Shown: positions 40,005-54,388, numbered from the stretch's first letter. The stretch is 64,000 bases of DNA from Camelus dromedarius (GCF_036321535.1 NC_087436.1:100814001-100878000); one strand, 5' to 3'. Notes: generated by a model from the sequence alone, not told the origin. Made by a program: numbers and translations.

Positions 40005-40381
40005 CTACAGGTAAACTTCTCTTCTAGTGAGAGTGTTGACAGGAGATGGCTTGTATTCCCCTGTTTTGGTAAGGGGAATATCCTCAGTGTTGGCTTCCTC
40101 ATTTTTGCTGAAACTAGCTGCACTGAAGGTCTCGTAGGATGAGGTTAACTTTTTGTTCAGGAGGTTTCTGTTGCGGTCGCCCATGATGGCGGCCTCGCCG
40201 TTGGCCAGCTTTTCCTGGCTTCCTCGTTCATCGACAGGCATGAAAGTGGAGAGTTTGGGCTGGCTCTTCTTCCTCTCCGGAGAAGTGCGGACTGGCATCC
40301 AGCAGGAGTCGGAGTGGCCGTACTCATCACACTCGCGGGTACACTTCCCGGTCAGGGCTACATCTGGAAGAGGTCTTGAAT
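40005..40381 (-). CDS. PCDH7: Terminal coding exon of protocadherin-7, long cytoplasmic (c/d-type) isoform
   Basis: Acceptor ccttctccttggctttcag|AT with AG at 40383-40382. Phase-1 translation is (D)SRPLPDVALTGKCTRECDEYGHSDSCWMPVRTSPERKKSQPKLSTF...SPVNTLTRREVYL*, with TAG at 40007-40005. It contains the delta-protocadherin CM2 motif (CTxECxxxGHSDxCWMP) and the PCDH7 C-terminus; the sequence is locally GC/CpG-rich. Confidence 0.95.
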
Positions 40382-43300
40382 CTGAAAGCCAAGGAGAAGG
40401 AGCCGTTAAAGCTGGCCATTTCTCAAAAGGCTTTCCTGACCTTTATGAAATTGGAAGGGGGGACATACATGAACATAATGTTATATTACGTATATATTTC
40501 CTTTAGCATATTATTTCCCTTTTTTCCCAACACCCTGCAATTCATCATCCCATAGAACAGTTTTTATTTCACATCCATTAAAGATAAGGTTTTGCAAAAG
40601 CATCACATATTATAGAAAGAGAGGAATGGACAGATAAAATTTAGGTCTGTAGAACAGACAGGTATATATGCATTTGTTGCAGGACAGGGACGTGTGTATA
40701 CTCTCAAGCAGAAATAAAGTATGTGTGTCTGTTTGTATAGGTATAAATTTTTCCACACGCAGAAGAAAAGTTATTAAACCCAAATAGATAATTTTCTGGA
40801 TTTATAAATTATCCCAGAAATCATGTACCTTTGCCAATTGGATTCCTTCCTGCTTATACATTATTCATAGAATGCAAATATGCAAAACCTTATATTTTAA
40901 AATACATTCTAAAACATCAGGGTGATTCAAAAGGAGGACCTGAACTGACAACACATTATGTGGTTCAAAAGTTTAAAAAGGCACAGTACAGGTGGATTAC
41001 AGGTGTGAGCATACTGACAGTACCACCTACCCGCCTAGCCCACACCCCCTCCCCCCCACCATGTTAATGACCTAACATGTGCTGTAGGATAGTCCCCTGA
41101 GTGTTCATGTAGAAATACATTTGCCAGTGTGTTTGCTGAATGGAAATATTATGTGAAATGCAATGTATTGGGTAAATCGAGTCAAGTGTCTACAATTTGG
41201 ATGAAATGGCATGTCCTCCTAATTAATGGTGTTGCCTAATGGAATGCGGAATTGTCTTCGATTTTTATAAAGCTAAGTTATATCTAGAGAGTTCTCAGGG
41301 ATCAGGATTAAAGATGGCAGTTAAGATTTACTTGTATGTGTAATTAAAATCATTATATATGGTCTGTCTTTGGACAATAGTTTTATATTTTCTATTATAA
41401 AAATTTTTTAACAGATTTTGTTTTTCTTTGAGAAAGAGAGTGAGAGAGAGAAAAACCTGCTTCACCTCAACAGATTCTAAGAAAATAACCTCTAGGGTTT
41501 TATTTAATATATTTTATAGTTTCTTTTATAGGCAAACAAAAGAACATAATATGACTGTGCTATCATATGGTATCATTTTATTGCAAAGCTTGGGACTAAA
41601 AGGACTGACAAAATTTAACCTCTGCAAATATATTCACAACAAATGAAATCAGTTAGATTTGCAAATGCATCCTGGGTAGATTTGGTTTAAAATAGAAAAG
41701 AGGGTAATTTAAATTATTCCCAATATAGTTACACTCTCTGCTTTTGTCTCCACACACCATCCACTGTAGTTTCTAATGATTTTCCTATTTGGTTACCATT
41801 TGTGTAGTATATTTTAGAACTTTTACTTTGCCAAAGTTTCTAAATCAAGCCAGTCCAACATTGCATCTTTATTTTTCAGTGATGGATGGATAACTGAAGT
41901 ATTGTTATTTGTCAGCCCATTGTTTTTTTGAACCACTGTGGCCAGAGATTTTTATGCTGTGTGCTCAGAGTTCAGCAAGGAAATGCCAGTGTTCTTCACA
42001 GGAAATCTAGAATTATTTTTCTCTTTTCCAAAGGTAAAATGCAAAAATAATTATTTATGTAGTTGTACATGTTGCTGCTTGACTCTCATTTGGGAAGATC
42101 CTATCAATTTTATCATCAAAAGAAAAATAAAAGGTACTTTCCTATTTACTTTTTATGCTAAATTCCTTCTGTCTCTCAAGCACATATTTGAGATACATTA
42201 AAAAAAATCAAACTATTGACAAATTTTATGAATTGCTTTGTAATCTAGTTAGTTTAATTCAGCAAACTAAGTTCTTTGGGAATATTTCCGATCTTGGGAT
42301 ACTTTGTATATTTGAAGCTGACCTAAATGTTTTGAATAGGAAGAAAGAAAAACCTTATAAAAATGCAGAGTGTAAGATAAGATCTACATTGTATTCCAAA
42401 CAGTCCTTTTTTTTTTTTCTTTCTTTATTGCTTTAACAAGTTCAAACTTTTCTTTTTCTCTTATAACAGTGCCTATCAAGGACACAAGACAATAATCAGA
42501 AATTTAGCTACCAAAATAGGAAAAATCTCTAAGAACGTAATTGTCATTCCCTGCTGAAGGGATCCAGAATGGTCTCCCATCATCTCTCAGTTTACTTAAG
42601 TATCAAACATGTGACAGTTTCCTTATACAATGACTTACACAGGTTGCTGCTTTTCGGGGATTAATCTGTATTTCTGGTTTGAAATTCTTGGCACTTTTTT
42701 TCTTTCTTTGAGATGCATTTATAAAGAGCTGATAGACCTATATGAAGACTCTAGCACCTCTCCTTACCTGCTGTCCTTAACTTGTGTACCTGAATTTCCT
42801 ATAGCTCATAAAATATTATATTCATAGAGATTGACTAAATTTCCAATCACCTAGGAGTGAGATAATCTTCAATTCCTTCCCTCAGCTTTTACTTCATAGT
42901 CTGGATTATTGCCTGCTAAAACTGGTTTCCTCTTATTGCTTTTAATGAAAGGCAGCTTGTCTTCTCTGCCATCAGCCACATGTGGGCTGCCACATCTCTA
43001 TCCAAGAAGCTTGACTTTTAATAAGGATCTCTTGTCATTTCCAAAGTCAAAGACTTGATTGGGGACCACAGTAGAAGTTGACAAGCCTAATTGGCTGAGA
43101 CATGTTGCAGTGTTTGTCATCAAATTTAGAAAATAATCAAGAAAGGCTATAAGAGATTCATCACAAGCAATCAAAACTTCCAACCTTGATGAGTCAAATG
43201 AATCCTCAAAAGAAATGCCAATGATTAACAAATGCAATTTATATTATGATGCAACCTATTAAGGGAAGGCATGAGTGGAATAGTACTTTTCTGTGTTTCT

Positions 43301-45614
43301 GTACTTTCTTATTTTAATTCTGTAAGTAGATGTTATACATTTTTTAAAACAGAGAAATTACATAGGGTCTTACAGAATCGTCAGATACACATCTTTCTCC
43401 CTTCCATAAATGATAAACTCTTAAAATATTCCATTTGTTGTGGGATTATAAAAGCAGATCTTCCATTTTAATCCCTCTGAGTCTTTCAGTCTTTCCTTGA
43501 AGGATGTGTTTTTGATACCTAAGAACATTATATCACACTTTAGTTGAGTACTCTTCCGTTGAATTTTTAACTTTAGTGAAGACGGAAAACAGTTAATCAC
43601 AACCCTTTTCAGTTGGTATTGAGTAAATCAATTCAAAAAGTAAAATGTTCTTATTGATATATAATGCAACTCTCCAGCAGTATTTTCCATAACAAAGTCA
43701 GCTCCTTAGAGGTCCCCCGACACACGACGCACACACACACTCAGTCAGATCAAATCTTGAGAAAACTGAAAGAAGTAGTATTCATCAGATCTTGTTGTCC
43801 CTTTAGCATTAATTGCAGAGTTTTCCATTTTCACCTGGTTATGCTATTTACTAGAAACATTACATCACTCTGAAAAGTTGAAGTCCTTTCATAGAGATAA
43901 TGTTAATTTCCCTCTTGAAAGTACATGGTTTAAAGCTGTCATATTAGCAAACAAGTTATAACGTATAAAATACTTCCCCACACTTCATCCTTTTTACTTA
44001 TCACCTCAACCCAACAGTAAGGAAGATGGACGCAGTGAGGGGTCCAGACTCTCAGAGAGCTGAGGCCAAAGAGCGAGTGTTATGACTTTCACTTTAGTGT
44101 TTCCCATAACACCATATCACTCCTTCTTAAAATGTAACAGCAGGGTTATTTAGAGGTCAGTTACTGCTACCCAAAGCCATAAGGAAAGGCTACAATCTTC
44201 AAAGAAATACAAAAAAAAATTATCTGAGCAGCCCGGGAAACAGATGCCACAAAGTCACCCATTTTACTACTTAACGAAATAAAAATTCAACCTTCTTAAA
44301 ACTATGCTTTTCCCAAAGTGGAGAAAATTATAACAAATTTAAGAAGTCATGTTCTTTCTCTAAAATGAAGTGCATTTGTTCTTATGAGGCAGGGTAGACA
44401 AGTGGTGGTGAGATACTCTTACAGTGACCTCAGCAAGAAGTAATAGACAATACGTAGCATCATTAGAAGTAAAAAGGAAAGCCCAGATTTACGGAGGCAT
44501 TTGAAGTTTCCAGAAGCTGTCCTACACCATCCAGAAACCTTAGAGGCATCAGTTATTATAGGAGAGCCCTGGAATCATTAAGGCTCTTAAAGATAGCTCT
44601 GCACCAGTAAAGATTTTGATAGACTGAGTTACGCCTTTTGCCAGAATCCTGATCACGGACTCTATTCCGGGTTTGGGGCTGGAAGATACAAGGATATTTC
44701 CATTTCCTAAAAGAAGGCATGAAAATGTTGCCCTTAGTTTTAAAACACTTCCAATGAGCTTTTCTTTTGTTTGTCTTAAGCTCAGATATTTAAAGCTATA
44801 TGCATAATTGCTTCTTTCTTTAATATACAAACTACTTAATTCCCTGACCCCATGAGATAAATGGATTGTTAATCAGCATGTAGACATCTCAGACATTCAT
44901 GTCTTTCTTGTGCACTTAGCACATTCTTAACAGTATTTGACAAAATTTTGCAAATAAAAATTGTGTTACTCTCTTCTTCGGGAGAGAAAAAAGCACAAAT
45001 AGGCACCTCTTCCCTATTTTCTTTTTCAACTGTTTATTTTTCTTTGTATACATCGTGACTTCCTGTTATCAGAAGATTTCTTTTTCTAGAGATACACCTA
45101 ATTCTGGTGGAATCTGGTGGACTATGAAAGGGTTTTACAGAAGGATGAACAAAAATAAGAAAAACAAATTTTGTTGATTTTCCAACAAGTATTTTAACAT
45201 TACCTTTATTTTCTTTAATCCAAATGAAAATATCTCTTTCACTAAGATGATTACATCAAGTGCTTTATCTTAAAATAGCTGTCAGAAAATGATTTATTTT
45301 TGCCTTATATAATAGATCTGAGGAAAAAAATGATTAAATACAACTTTTTATTGGAAAACTATTATTGTAGTCAGTAAAGTTCAGGTGTGAGCAGATGAGA
45401 TCCAGAAGTGTGTACTGAGTTAGACTTGGCTTTTTTTTTTTTTTTTAAATAAATGACCTAAAGATCCCTGCCTTTTGACTAGGGGATTTAGGAAGATTAG
45501 AAAGGTAAGCACATAGCAGATCATGGAGAAGGTAGAAATCACTGACTTAGACAAGCAGTCTGTGATCCTCTAAATACCCAAAAGCTTGGGGAAATTTACA
45601 GTTATGCAAGTAAG

Positions 45615-46302
45615 TGTTACCCAGGGCTACAACAAAGGGGTTAAGTTTCCTAAATAGTGTTCTAATTTATCACAAAATTGTTAGAGCAGGCAGATAGCTA
45701 CATATGAGCAGAGAAAGGGGACTCAGGACAAATGGTAGGAGTTGGGCAAAAGAGGAGGGGCACAGGCCAAATGCAGAAACCATACATCATATAGACAACA
45801 GGGGTCCTTGGGCAGAGAAAGAACTTCTAGGCTGATAAGCAGTGACACATCTTGGGGTGACAAGTGGCCTGGAGGCTGACAAGGAAAGGGGGAAAAAGTA
45901 GGAATCTCCAGTATCTGAATGTAACCTTTTGCTCATTATGCCCTCATTTTAATAAAATTAGTCTTGCACATTAGAGGTGCCCATCATGCAGCAATGCCAC
46001 GACACTTCTGATCCAGACTAAATAAGGGCAAAAATTCCTCTTCCCTTCAGGAAGGTGGAGTTGGGATACAATTCAGGGAAAATACCCCAAACCCTTCCCT
46101 CCCCAGCCAATATTCCACCCATTCATTTTTACACGCCATGTGACCAACTTGCCAAAGAAACTCAGGGCAGTTGCTCACCTGAGCCTGCCCACTGTCCCCT
46201 GGAGAGTGGACTACCCATCCCTTAATAAGTCCCCCTTTACTTTCTTAACCTCCACCTCTGGATTATTTCTGCAGTGAGATAAGAACTTAATCACTGGCAA
46301 CA
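45615..46302 (+). mobile_element. ERV1 solo LTR (antisense to PCDH7)
   Basis: TGTTACC...GGCAACA inverted termini and typical U3/R motifs; no clear TSD. Confidence 0.8.
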
Positions 46303-46429
46303 AAATCACTTGATCCAACCAATTAGAAGAAGATATAAGGATTACCTATCAACCAACCCTTATTTCAGTCTCATCTATATCTCCTGAGTGCTTCCCTCAA
46401 GGGAGAGTGGAACTCAGGGAAAGAACAGG

Positions 46430-46650
46430 AGACTGGGAGTATCAACAGTGCTGAGTGTGATTCTAGGCCCATCATGTATATGCTGTGTGACCTTGGACAT
46501 ACTTTCTCTGAGCCTCTCTAAGCCTCGAGCATCTCATCTGCAACATAATGATGCCCACTCCTCCATGTATTATGGGGATAAAGAGTTAATGTGTATAAAG
46601 TTTAGAGCATGGTGTCTGGTGCAGTGTAAAATTTAGGTAAATAGCTGGTG
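46430..46650 (+). mobile_element. MIR SINE
   Basis: gctgtgtgaccttggaca...ctctctaagcctc...ctcatctgcaa. Confidence 0.75.
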
Positions 46651-46744
46651 GTAGCGCTTGGAGAGATTTAAAAAGTAGTTTTTTGTTTGTGTTTGTGTTT
46701 GTGTTTTTTCTGTCTGGAGTCTTCCATGAATGAAATGGAAATTA

Positions 46745-46965
46745 ACTGAATAGGCTCCAGAGCCAAGATCCCTGGATTCATATCCTAACTTTGTCACTTA
46801 ATATGTACCTCTGAACAAGTTGCTTGATTAATTTAAATTTCTTCATCCTTATAAGGGGCAGAAGAATGAATTAACTTCTTAGGATTATTGTGAGGATTAA
46901 ATACATTAACATAGGAAGAGTGTTTGCAATAATTCCTGATGCACAATAGGACTCCAATAAACATT
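46745..46965 (+). mobile_element. MIR SINE
   Basis: ggctccagagccaagatccctggattca...aggattattgtgaggattaaat. Confidence 0.75.
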
Positions 46966-46975
46966 AGATATTTTT

Positions 46976-47290
46976 CAGGTGCACAATCCCTTATCCATAA
47001 TTCAGTCCTCAAAAAAAGCTTTGAAAACTCAAAGTGTTTTCTTCTCCCATAAATTTACAACAAATCTGACCTTCAATACAAGGTTATTTTTCCTCTTTAT
47101 TTATCTCACATAGTGTGAGTATTTATATGTTTTACAGGAAAAATAGTGTTTAATTAAGGCACTTTCTCAGACTCTTAGATCTTAAAAATAATATACATGC
47201 ATGATACTACCTTTTCTAGTATATGATTGATTCTGAATTTTAAGATGTATTTGTACCCAAGGGTTTCAGATAACATACTGTGGGCTTAGT
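46976..47290. mobile_element. TcMar-Tigger-like non-autonomous DNA transposon
   Basis: Left TIR-like caggtgcacaatcccttatcc; degenerate right end cagataacatactgtgggcttag. Confidence 0.6.
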
Positions 47291-47934
47291 AGCAGTTATC
47301 AATCAAGAAAGAATGTATTTTGAGTTACTTTTCCAGTAGTACTAATGGATTTATGCTGATAGACTCTGCAATATACCAGAGCTACCATCTACGTAGGAAA
47401 ATACAGTGGTCACTGATCACTCTGTTTCAGACATCCCCCAACACTTCTTTATTAAGACTTTGCCAGAGAAGATTCATTCAGTATGTGTCATTACAGTTGC
47501 TCAAAACTGAAGGGCAAATGCTCTGTTATTTGCAATTATCTTTATAATCGAAACAGATCAACCTCACAGTCATTTTGACTTGAAAGAGACTTGCCCCAAA
47601 GATGCTGCCGTCTTGCTTTGCCTGCATGGGCTACAACATATAAAAGAGTTCCATTTTAAAGATGTCAAAAATTAGGAATAAGATAACCTAAGACTAAGAG
47701 GCTGAAAATCAAGGAAAGAGAACAAAAAGCAAAGCAAATACCTTGAATGCAGTGTGCCCTTCGACATTAAAAAAAATAATAATAATAGTAAACTAAAATA
47801 AAACATAAAAGCCGTTTAGCATACAAGCTATGCAGATTTCATGATGTATGGACATGCTTGTTTTAAGTTGCAAAATAAGCCAGAAATTCCTCTCACTTTC
47901 TTATGCACACCTCTTTGGAATATGTCATCACTGC

Positions 47935-48350
47935 ACCTACTGCCAAGCCTCTATTTCTCAAGCCCTTGAGGCTGGGCTAGCTTTGATGAGCAGAGTGCTA
48001 CTGCGTAATTTCCAGGATAGGTCTCAAGAGTCCTGGCAGCGTCTGCTTTTGCCCTGAGAAGCCTGCGATCTCCATCCTGAGAGAAAGCGTGGTCTAGCCT
48101 CTTAGAAGATGAAACACTATTTGAGAGCGAGACTCAGCTATCTCAGCTGGCCCAGCAGAGCTCCCCAGGTGAATGCAGCCTGTGGGGGACCTGGAAAAAC
48201 TCACAGAGGAGCCACATAGCCAATCCACAGTAATATGGAAAGTAATCAGTCTTTGTTGTCTGACATTCCTAAGTTATGTTTGTTTGTTTTTGTTTGTTTG
48301 TTTAGAGGGTGGGGGGAATGCCTTGATGCAGCAATCGATCACTGAGCTCA
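47935..48350 (+). mobile_element. MaLR LTR (MLT1-like)
   Basis: gaatgcagcc...cacagaggagccacatagccaatccacag...gcagcaatcgatcactga. Confidence 0.65.
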
Positions 48351-50311
48351 TGATCATGGATGTATTTTATTATCTGCAATAAATCAAACGACAGCCTGAG
48401 ATCTGGAAACAATATATTCTATTTCTTTTATGCCTTCATATCATGGGCAACAAACTGACCAATACTGTGGAAAGTACAAACATTGTCAGGAATGTAAGCA
48501 TGTTTAATTAAGAAGTTCAAGCAGAGGGCTCGCATTGAAAGCTCTGGAATTTCTGGTCCTGTAATTACAGGATTTCACTGCATTTTTCACCTAGGAGTGC
48601 TCTAGTTCAGGCTGACACGCCAAGACAATATTAAAATGTTTAAACATGTTTGAAAGCATCAGCAACTTTTCTCGTACCTTAGGCTAAATTCAGTTAAACA
48701 TCAATTGAATGAATCTCAAGAAGCATTTCCTGCCCTGAGGCTTAGACCACTGTCATTCTGAATGTGGTATTATCATATGCAGTGGAGACTGGGCTCGCCA
48801 GGTCTCAAGCAGTCCTGCTGAATCAACTCAAACATGAATCTGCTGGTTGGCAAGTGAAAACTGCACGATGGCAGAAAAATGTATGGTGACTGCTGGAGAG
48901 TCATGTATTTCTGCACATCAGAGATGGGGCTTCATTTTGACTTCCCTCTTCATGAATGCAAAATTAGAGGCACTGGAGGTTAAGGGAGTATTAAGGGAGA
49001 ATGAAAAGAGAGAAGGTGCTGGAAATGAGAAGATGCTCTGATACTGATCACAAGAATTTATCAAACCCAGTAAGAGACTGGGGACATTTATTACACAAGT
49101 TAGCAATTGATTACCCACTGCAAATAGACCCAGTTTTGATAGTGTGAGCCATGCATGTGTATTTTTCCACTGCAACGATCAAAGGCTTCATAATGTTTCT
49201 TCTAGTCTCCTGGGTTTCCTTCTATTAGAAACTAGTTGCTTCCAGTATCATAGACTTTAATAATCTAATGGAAGCTAGACGTACTGTCTCTCTCCATAAA
49301 TGCAGATATGTGCCCACAAAATTGGCATAAAATTTCAGTGGTGTTCAAGATATCAGAGTTAGGGTCACTGCATACTTCCAACATTCTGGTGGATGGAAGA
49401 AAGAAGGGTATATTTTTTAACTCACTTTTTTTTCCCTTTGAGTTGGAATCAAAGGTTAAGAAATATTTAACAAATGTACATCCATCCTTGAAAAATAGAA
49501 ATTTACATGGGGCAAATAAATTGCCATTCAAACAGTGACAGAAAGGGTTAAAATAAACAAACAAAAAACAAATTATGAAACACATATTTAGAAGTAAGGA
49601 AAATAATTTAGGTTTGATTATGCTAATATTGTAGGTAGGTCATGTAAATGCCCAAATCTAAAAACCCTTAATGACTTATAAGACTTTGTATTAATAGCAG
49701 ATTAATGCTTGGGGGTGGATTTTACTGATCGGTGATCACCGATTTGAAACGTAGTTTTCTTTACTAAAACCTTCGTCCAATATTTGCACCAATGTCTTGA
49801 ACTACCAGCAAACTGGATCTTCACTCACCATGAGAAGGGAGAAGAGTTGATGAATTCTTGTCATTAAGGAATTTTATACAAAATAATAATGATCCAGATG
49901 AGTTTTTTAAGTTAATCAAATGTGTTAGCCACTACATATTGGTTTTACTGTAAAGTGTGAAGTGGGTGCTTCTGAGAGAGTTGCAAGTATCAATTTAGAG
50001 TCACCTTCTAGGAATGATGTCAAATCTTCAAAGTTTTCAATATTGGCTATAAAGTTGTAAAATATATATCCTACAATAAATACCAATATTGTCTTTAGGG
50101 ATGAATATTTATTCTAAAAATAATATATATAGGCTTTATTAACGGTAAGAATATTATTTTTGGATTGTAGTCTTGAAGGCAGTGCCCATTTTCTCTCTGC
50201 TTCTCCATATAACATATAATTCTATACAGATAAAAAGACTGAAAAACGGGAAGCTGAAAAAACATTACAATATATGTTCTCAAATCTTCTTTCCTCTCAT
50301 ATAAAGCACTT

Positions 50312-50752
50312 TTCATTGAAGTATTGTTGATTTATAACATTGTGTTAGCTTCAGGTATACAGCAAAGTGATTCAGTTTTATATATATATATATGTTTTTT
50401 TCAGATTCTTTTCCATTATAGATTATTACAAGATATTGGATCTAGTTCCCTGAGCTATACAGTAGGTCCTTGTTGTTTACCTACTTAATAAATAATGGTA
50501 CTTAACTTTTAATCTCATACACCTAATTTATGCCCCCACCTTTCCCCTTTGGTAACCATAAGTTTGTTTTTCTATGTCTGTGAGTCTTTTTTTGTTTTGT
50601 AAAAAAATTCATGTGTATTATTTTTTAGATTCCAAATAGAAGTGATATCATTTAATATTTATCTTTGTCTGACTTACTTCACTCATGATAATCTCCAGGT
50701 CCATCCATGTTGCTGCAAATGGCAATATTTCATTCTTTTTTGTGGCCAAGTA

Positions 50753-50797
<45 letters not shown>

Positions 50798-51098
50798 AAT
50801 ACACACACACACATACACACACATAAATATATACCACCTCTTCTTTATCCATTCATCTGTTGATGGACATTTAGGTTGCTTCCATGTCTTGGCTACTATA
50901 AATAATGCCGCTGTGAACATTGAGATGCATGTATCATTTCAGCTTTAGAGTGTTCATCTTTTCTGGATATATGTCCAGGAGTGGGATAGATGAATCATAT
51001 GCTAGTTCTATTTTTTAGTTTTTTAAGGAAACTGCATACTGTTTTCCATAGTGGTTGCACCAACTTACATTCCTACCAACAGTGTATGAGGTTCCCTT
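50312..51098 (-). mobile_element. L1 3' end (sense to PCDH7) with (TA)n(CA)n
   Basis: ORF 50648-50920 ([27 protein letters not shown]...ILPFAATWMDLE) plus L1 3' UTR. Confidence 0.92.
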
Positions 51099-52234
51099 GT
51101 GATAAAACTTTTTTTAAGTAAGAAGTTATAAAACAACTCCTATAATAAGTGGCTGATATTTAATATCTAAACACTTAATGTGAATATGTTAAATACTTTA
51201 ACAAATTAATTTGGTATTTGGGGATGTTTTAAAAAGAAAAGAATCATTGCAGTGGCCATAATGTGGTATAAGGATTTTCTATGTATTTATGTGAAAGTCT
51301 AAAATATACTATGTTAAAGTTCAAATCATGTATGAAGTAGAGTTGTAATATAATATGATTATTTTTTGCATGGGAGCAAATTCTACCAATTCAGATTTAC
51401 TAAAGTAATATATTTTTTTCTAAATGTGGCAAAAATCATAGTAGCCATTCATCTTCCCCTTCAATGTAGTGATCCTAAGAAACTATATGATTATTCTAGT
51501 GCTATGGCCATGTTTAAAACACATTCTCAAACACTTTGCATGGGGTTACCTACCGAAATACTTCACAATCACACAGAAGAAACTTGTCTGGTTGGAAACA
51601 CTCCTGTAACGACAAGCTGTGTGGTCCATCCATTATTGTGACTGGGGAGAAAGACAAGAGTTCCTCCTTTGTGTTTCTTACTGAGGAAGGTTTCACAAAA
51701 TCCTTGAGCTCTGAAGTATTTTGAGAGATGAGGCTCTGAAAGCTTTTAGTGGGTGCTGAAATGCCATTTATAGGGAGAGTTCTAAAAACATTCGAATGCT
51801 GGCTCCTTACTCTGGTCAATAAGTTGATCAGTTAAAACTAAAATTGGCAGTCACAATTAGGGCCAAAGCGTATTGAAGGGCTTGGGAGTTCAGAGCAGGT
51901 AAATAAAAGGAAAAGGAAGAAAATGATCTCCAATGACTAGCAAACAGGACTCAATGAGCAGCTCAAGTGGAAGAAATCAATGAAGCAACACTGGATCAGT
52001 CGGCTTCATTGATTTTTGCTGCTCATTGAAATGTTTTCCTTTATTTACTTCCTGTTTCTTCAAAGAGTGGCAAAGTCCCACTGTTGAACCTCCCTGGGAG
52101 CCTGTGGAGGGCAGACAAGCAAGCTCTGGAGATCCTTTCATGCCTGCCTTATGCCTTTTCATGCTGGATGGATTCAGGGCACTTCTAATGCTCCATGTGA
52201 TGTTACAAGGGCCACCCTGTTCCTGCAACCTTAT

Positions 52235-52475
52235 TGTGGTCTGGTTGGCAGAATGACGGTTCCCTCCCCCAAATATCTACATCCTAGTCCCCAGGACCTG
52301 TGACCAAGTTAGATCACATGGCAAAGGGGAATTAATTAAGATTTCAGATGGTATTAAGGTTCCTAATAAACTGTCCTTAAAAGAGGGAGCTCAAACAACA
52401 AGGTCCTACTGTATAGCACAGGGAGCCATACTCAATATCTTATAATAACTATGATGGAAAAGAATCTGAAAAAGA

Positions 52476-52506
<31 letters not shown>

Positions 52507-52840
52507 TAACTGAATCATTTTGCTGTACACCTGAAACTAACACAACATCATAAATCAACTATATGTCAATCAAAATAAACAAATAATAATAAATACGGAG
52601 CTTATAGGGGGCTACGCTACAAACCAAGGAATGTCGTCAGGCGCTAGAAACTGCAAAAGGCAAGGAAACAGATTCTCTTCTAGAAAGGGAGGCAGCACTG
52701 CTGAGGCTTTGATTTTAGCCCCTGGAGACGCATGTCAAGACTTCTGACCTACAGAACCGTAAGAGAATAACTTTTTTGTTGTTATTTTAAGAAGTGATGT
52801 TTCTAATAATTTGCTACAGTTGCAAGAGGCATTTGATACA
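52235..52840 (+). mobile_element. MLT1 (MLT1D-like) LTR interrupted by L1
   Basis: tgtgg...ggcagaatgacgg...catcctagtcccc; ggcaaggaaacagattctc...cttctgacctacagaaccgtaaga...tgataca. Confidence 0.85.
52392..52592 (+). mobile_element. L1 3'-end fragment with (TA)n
   Basis: aacaacaaggtcctactgtatagcacaggga...gctgtacacctgaaactaacacaac and an A-rich tail. Confidence 0.88.
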
Positions 52841-53739
52841 CACACCCACCAATTCTCTGCTCAGAGTAAGGACAGCATAGACTTGAAGCATTTGATCCTT
52901 TCTACCCATGTTTCGTCCACAAAAGGAAATAGAGCGGCAAAACTCTGATTTTCAAAGTTTTCATTGAGTCAGGTTTACCTAATTTGTGAGTGTCTGCTCA
53001 AGAAGTTTTTGTTTTACATTTTCGAAAATGTTGCTGCACTTCAGTGTCTACTTGTCCAAGTTATTTGTATTGGACCAATCAACCAAGTTCAATTTCTGTT
53101 TTGTTCAGAAAAGTACTAACAGATCATCTTCCTGAATGACAACATCTTACCTGGCCCCTCAGTGACGGCGGTCTCTGGGACTATCACCAGAGAAACCACT
53201 TCAAGGAGTTTTGGGGTGGTGTGATTCCCAAGAAGAGAAGAGATAGTGTGTTTGGCATAACATACAGGAAGGAGAGCCAGGTGCTGGGGTACACATTTAA
53301 TGAGGGCTCTGTCAAATTATTATGGTGCTTTTGTGACTTCCTGATATTTATTCCTTGTGCTACGTTTGTCTTTTTAGCCTGTTTCCTTCTTAGTAGTTAG
53401 CAGGAGAGTGTGTAATAAAAAGGCACTTTTATGATTATTTTAAAAAGAGTACATAGAATAATAAGTCCCTCTCTAGCTTGAAACCTTCTTCTCTAAATTT
53501 CAGTGTAAATTTCAAACTTTGTATTTTTTGCACAGAAAGTCCTTCCGGATCTGGATCCTGCCTACCACTTAACCCTGGCCTCTTTCCCTTCTTATGTGCT
53601 TCCATTTGCCACTTCAACAGACCTCCTGGGGTTGTCATTTCTGGAAAGCCTCTCGCTGTTCCATGTCTCTGTGATATTAATGTGTTGCTTCTTCTGCTAG
53701 TCCTTGCCTCGTCATCTACTGCACACAAATCCTTCAAAA

Positions 53740-54003
53740 TCCATTCCAGGATTGCAACTTTGAGATTTCTTCTAACCAGTCGGTCTAATTCTGATTTCTC
53801 TTTGTCTCTCTAGTCTTCATCTTATACCTGTCTCTATCATAGCATTTAATACATTGCAGTGAAACCTGCTACCTATTTATGTGACTTTTTCTGTAAAGGG
53901 TCACTCCCTGTGGCTGGGATTCACAAGTTACTTAAGGATGTATTCTGGATCCCAGCACCAAGCCAGTCACATATCAATAAGTGCCTTTTGAATGGATGAA
54001 TGA
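53740..54003 (+). mobile_element. L2 3' end
   Basis: cccagcacc...tcaataagtg...ttgaatggatgaatgaa. Confidence 0.6.
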
Positions 54004-54096
54004 AAACCATGGTAGTGAGACAGACCGCATGTCAGCCCTGATGATTAATTTCACAATGGCCACAGGTAAAGGATGCTAAGGACATCTGTTCATCAT

Positions 54097-54388
<292 letters not shown>

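Noticed and set aside
40153..40506. 117-aa plus-strand ORF
   Set aside because: Antisense shadow of the GC-rich PCDH7 exon; no independent support.
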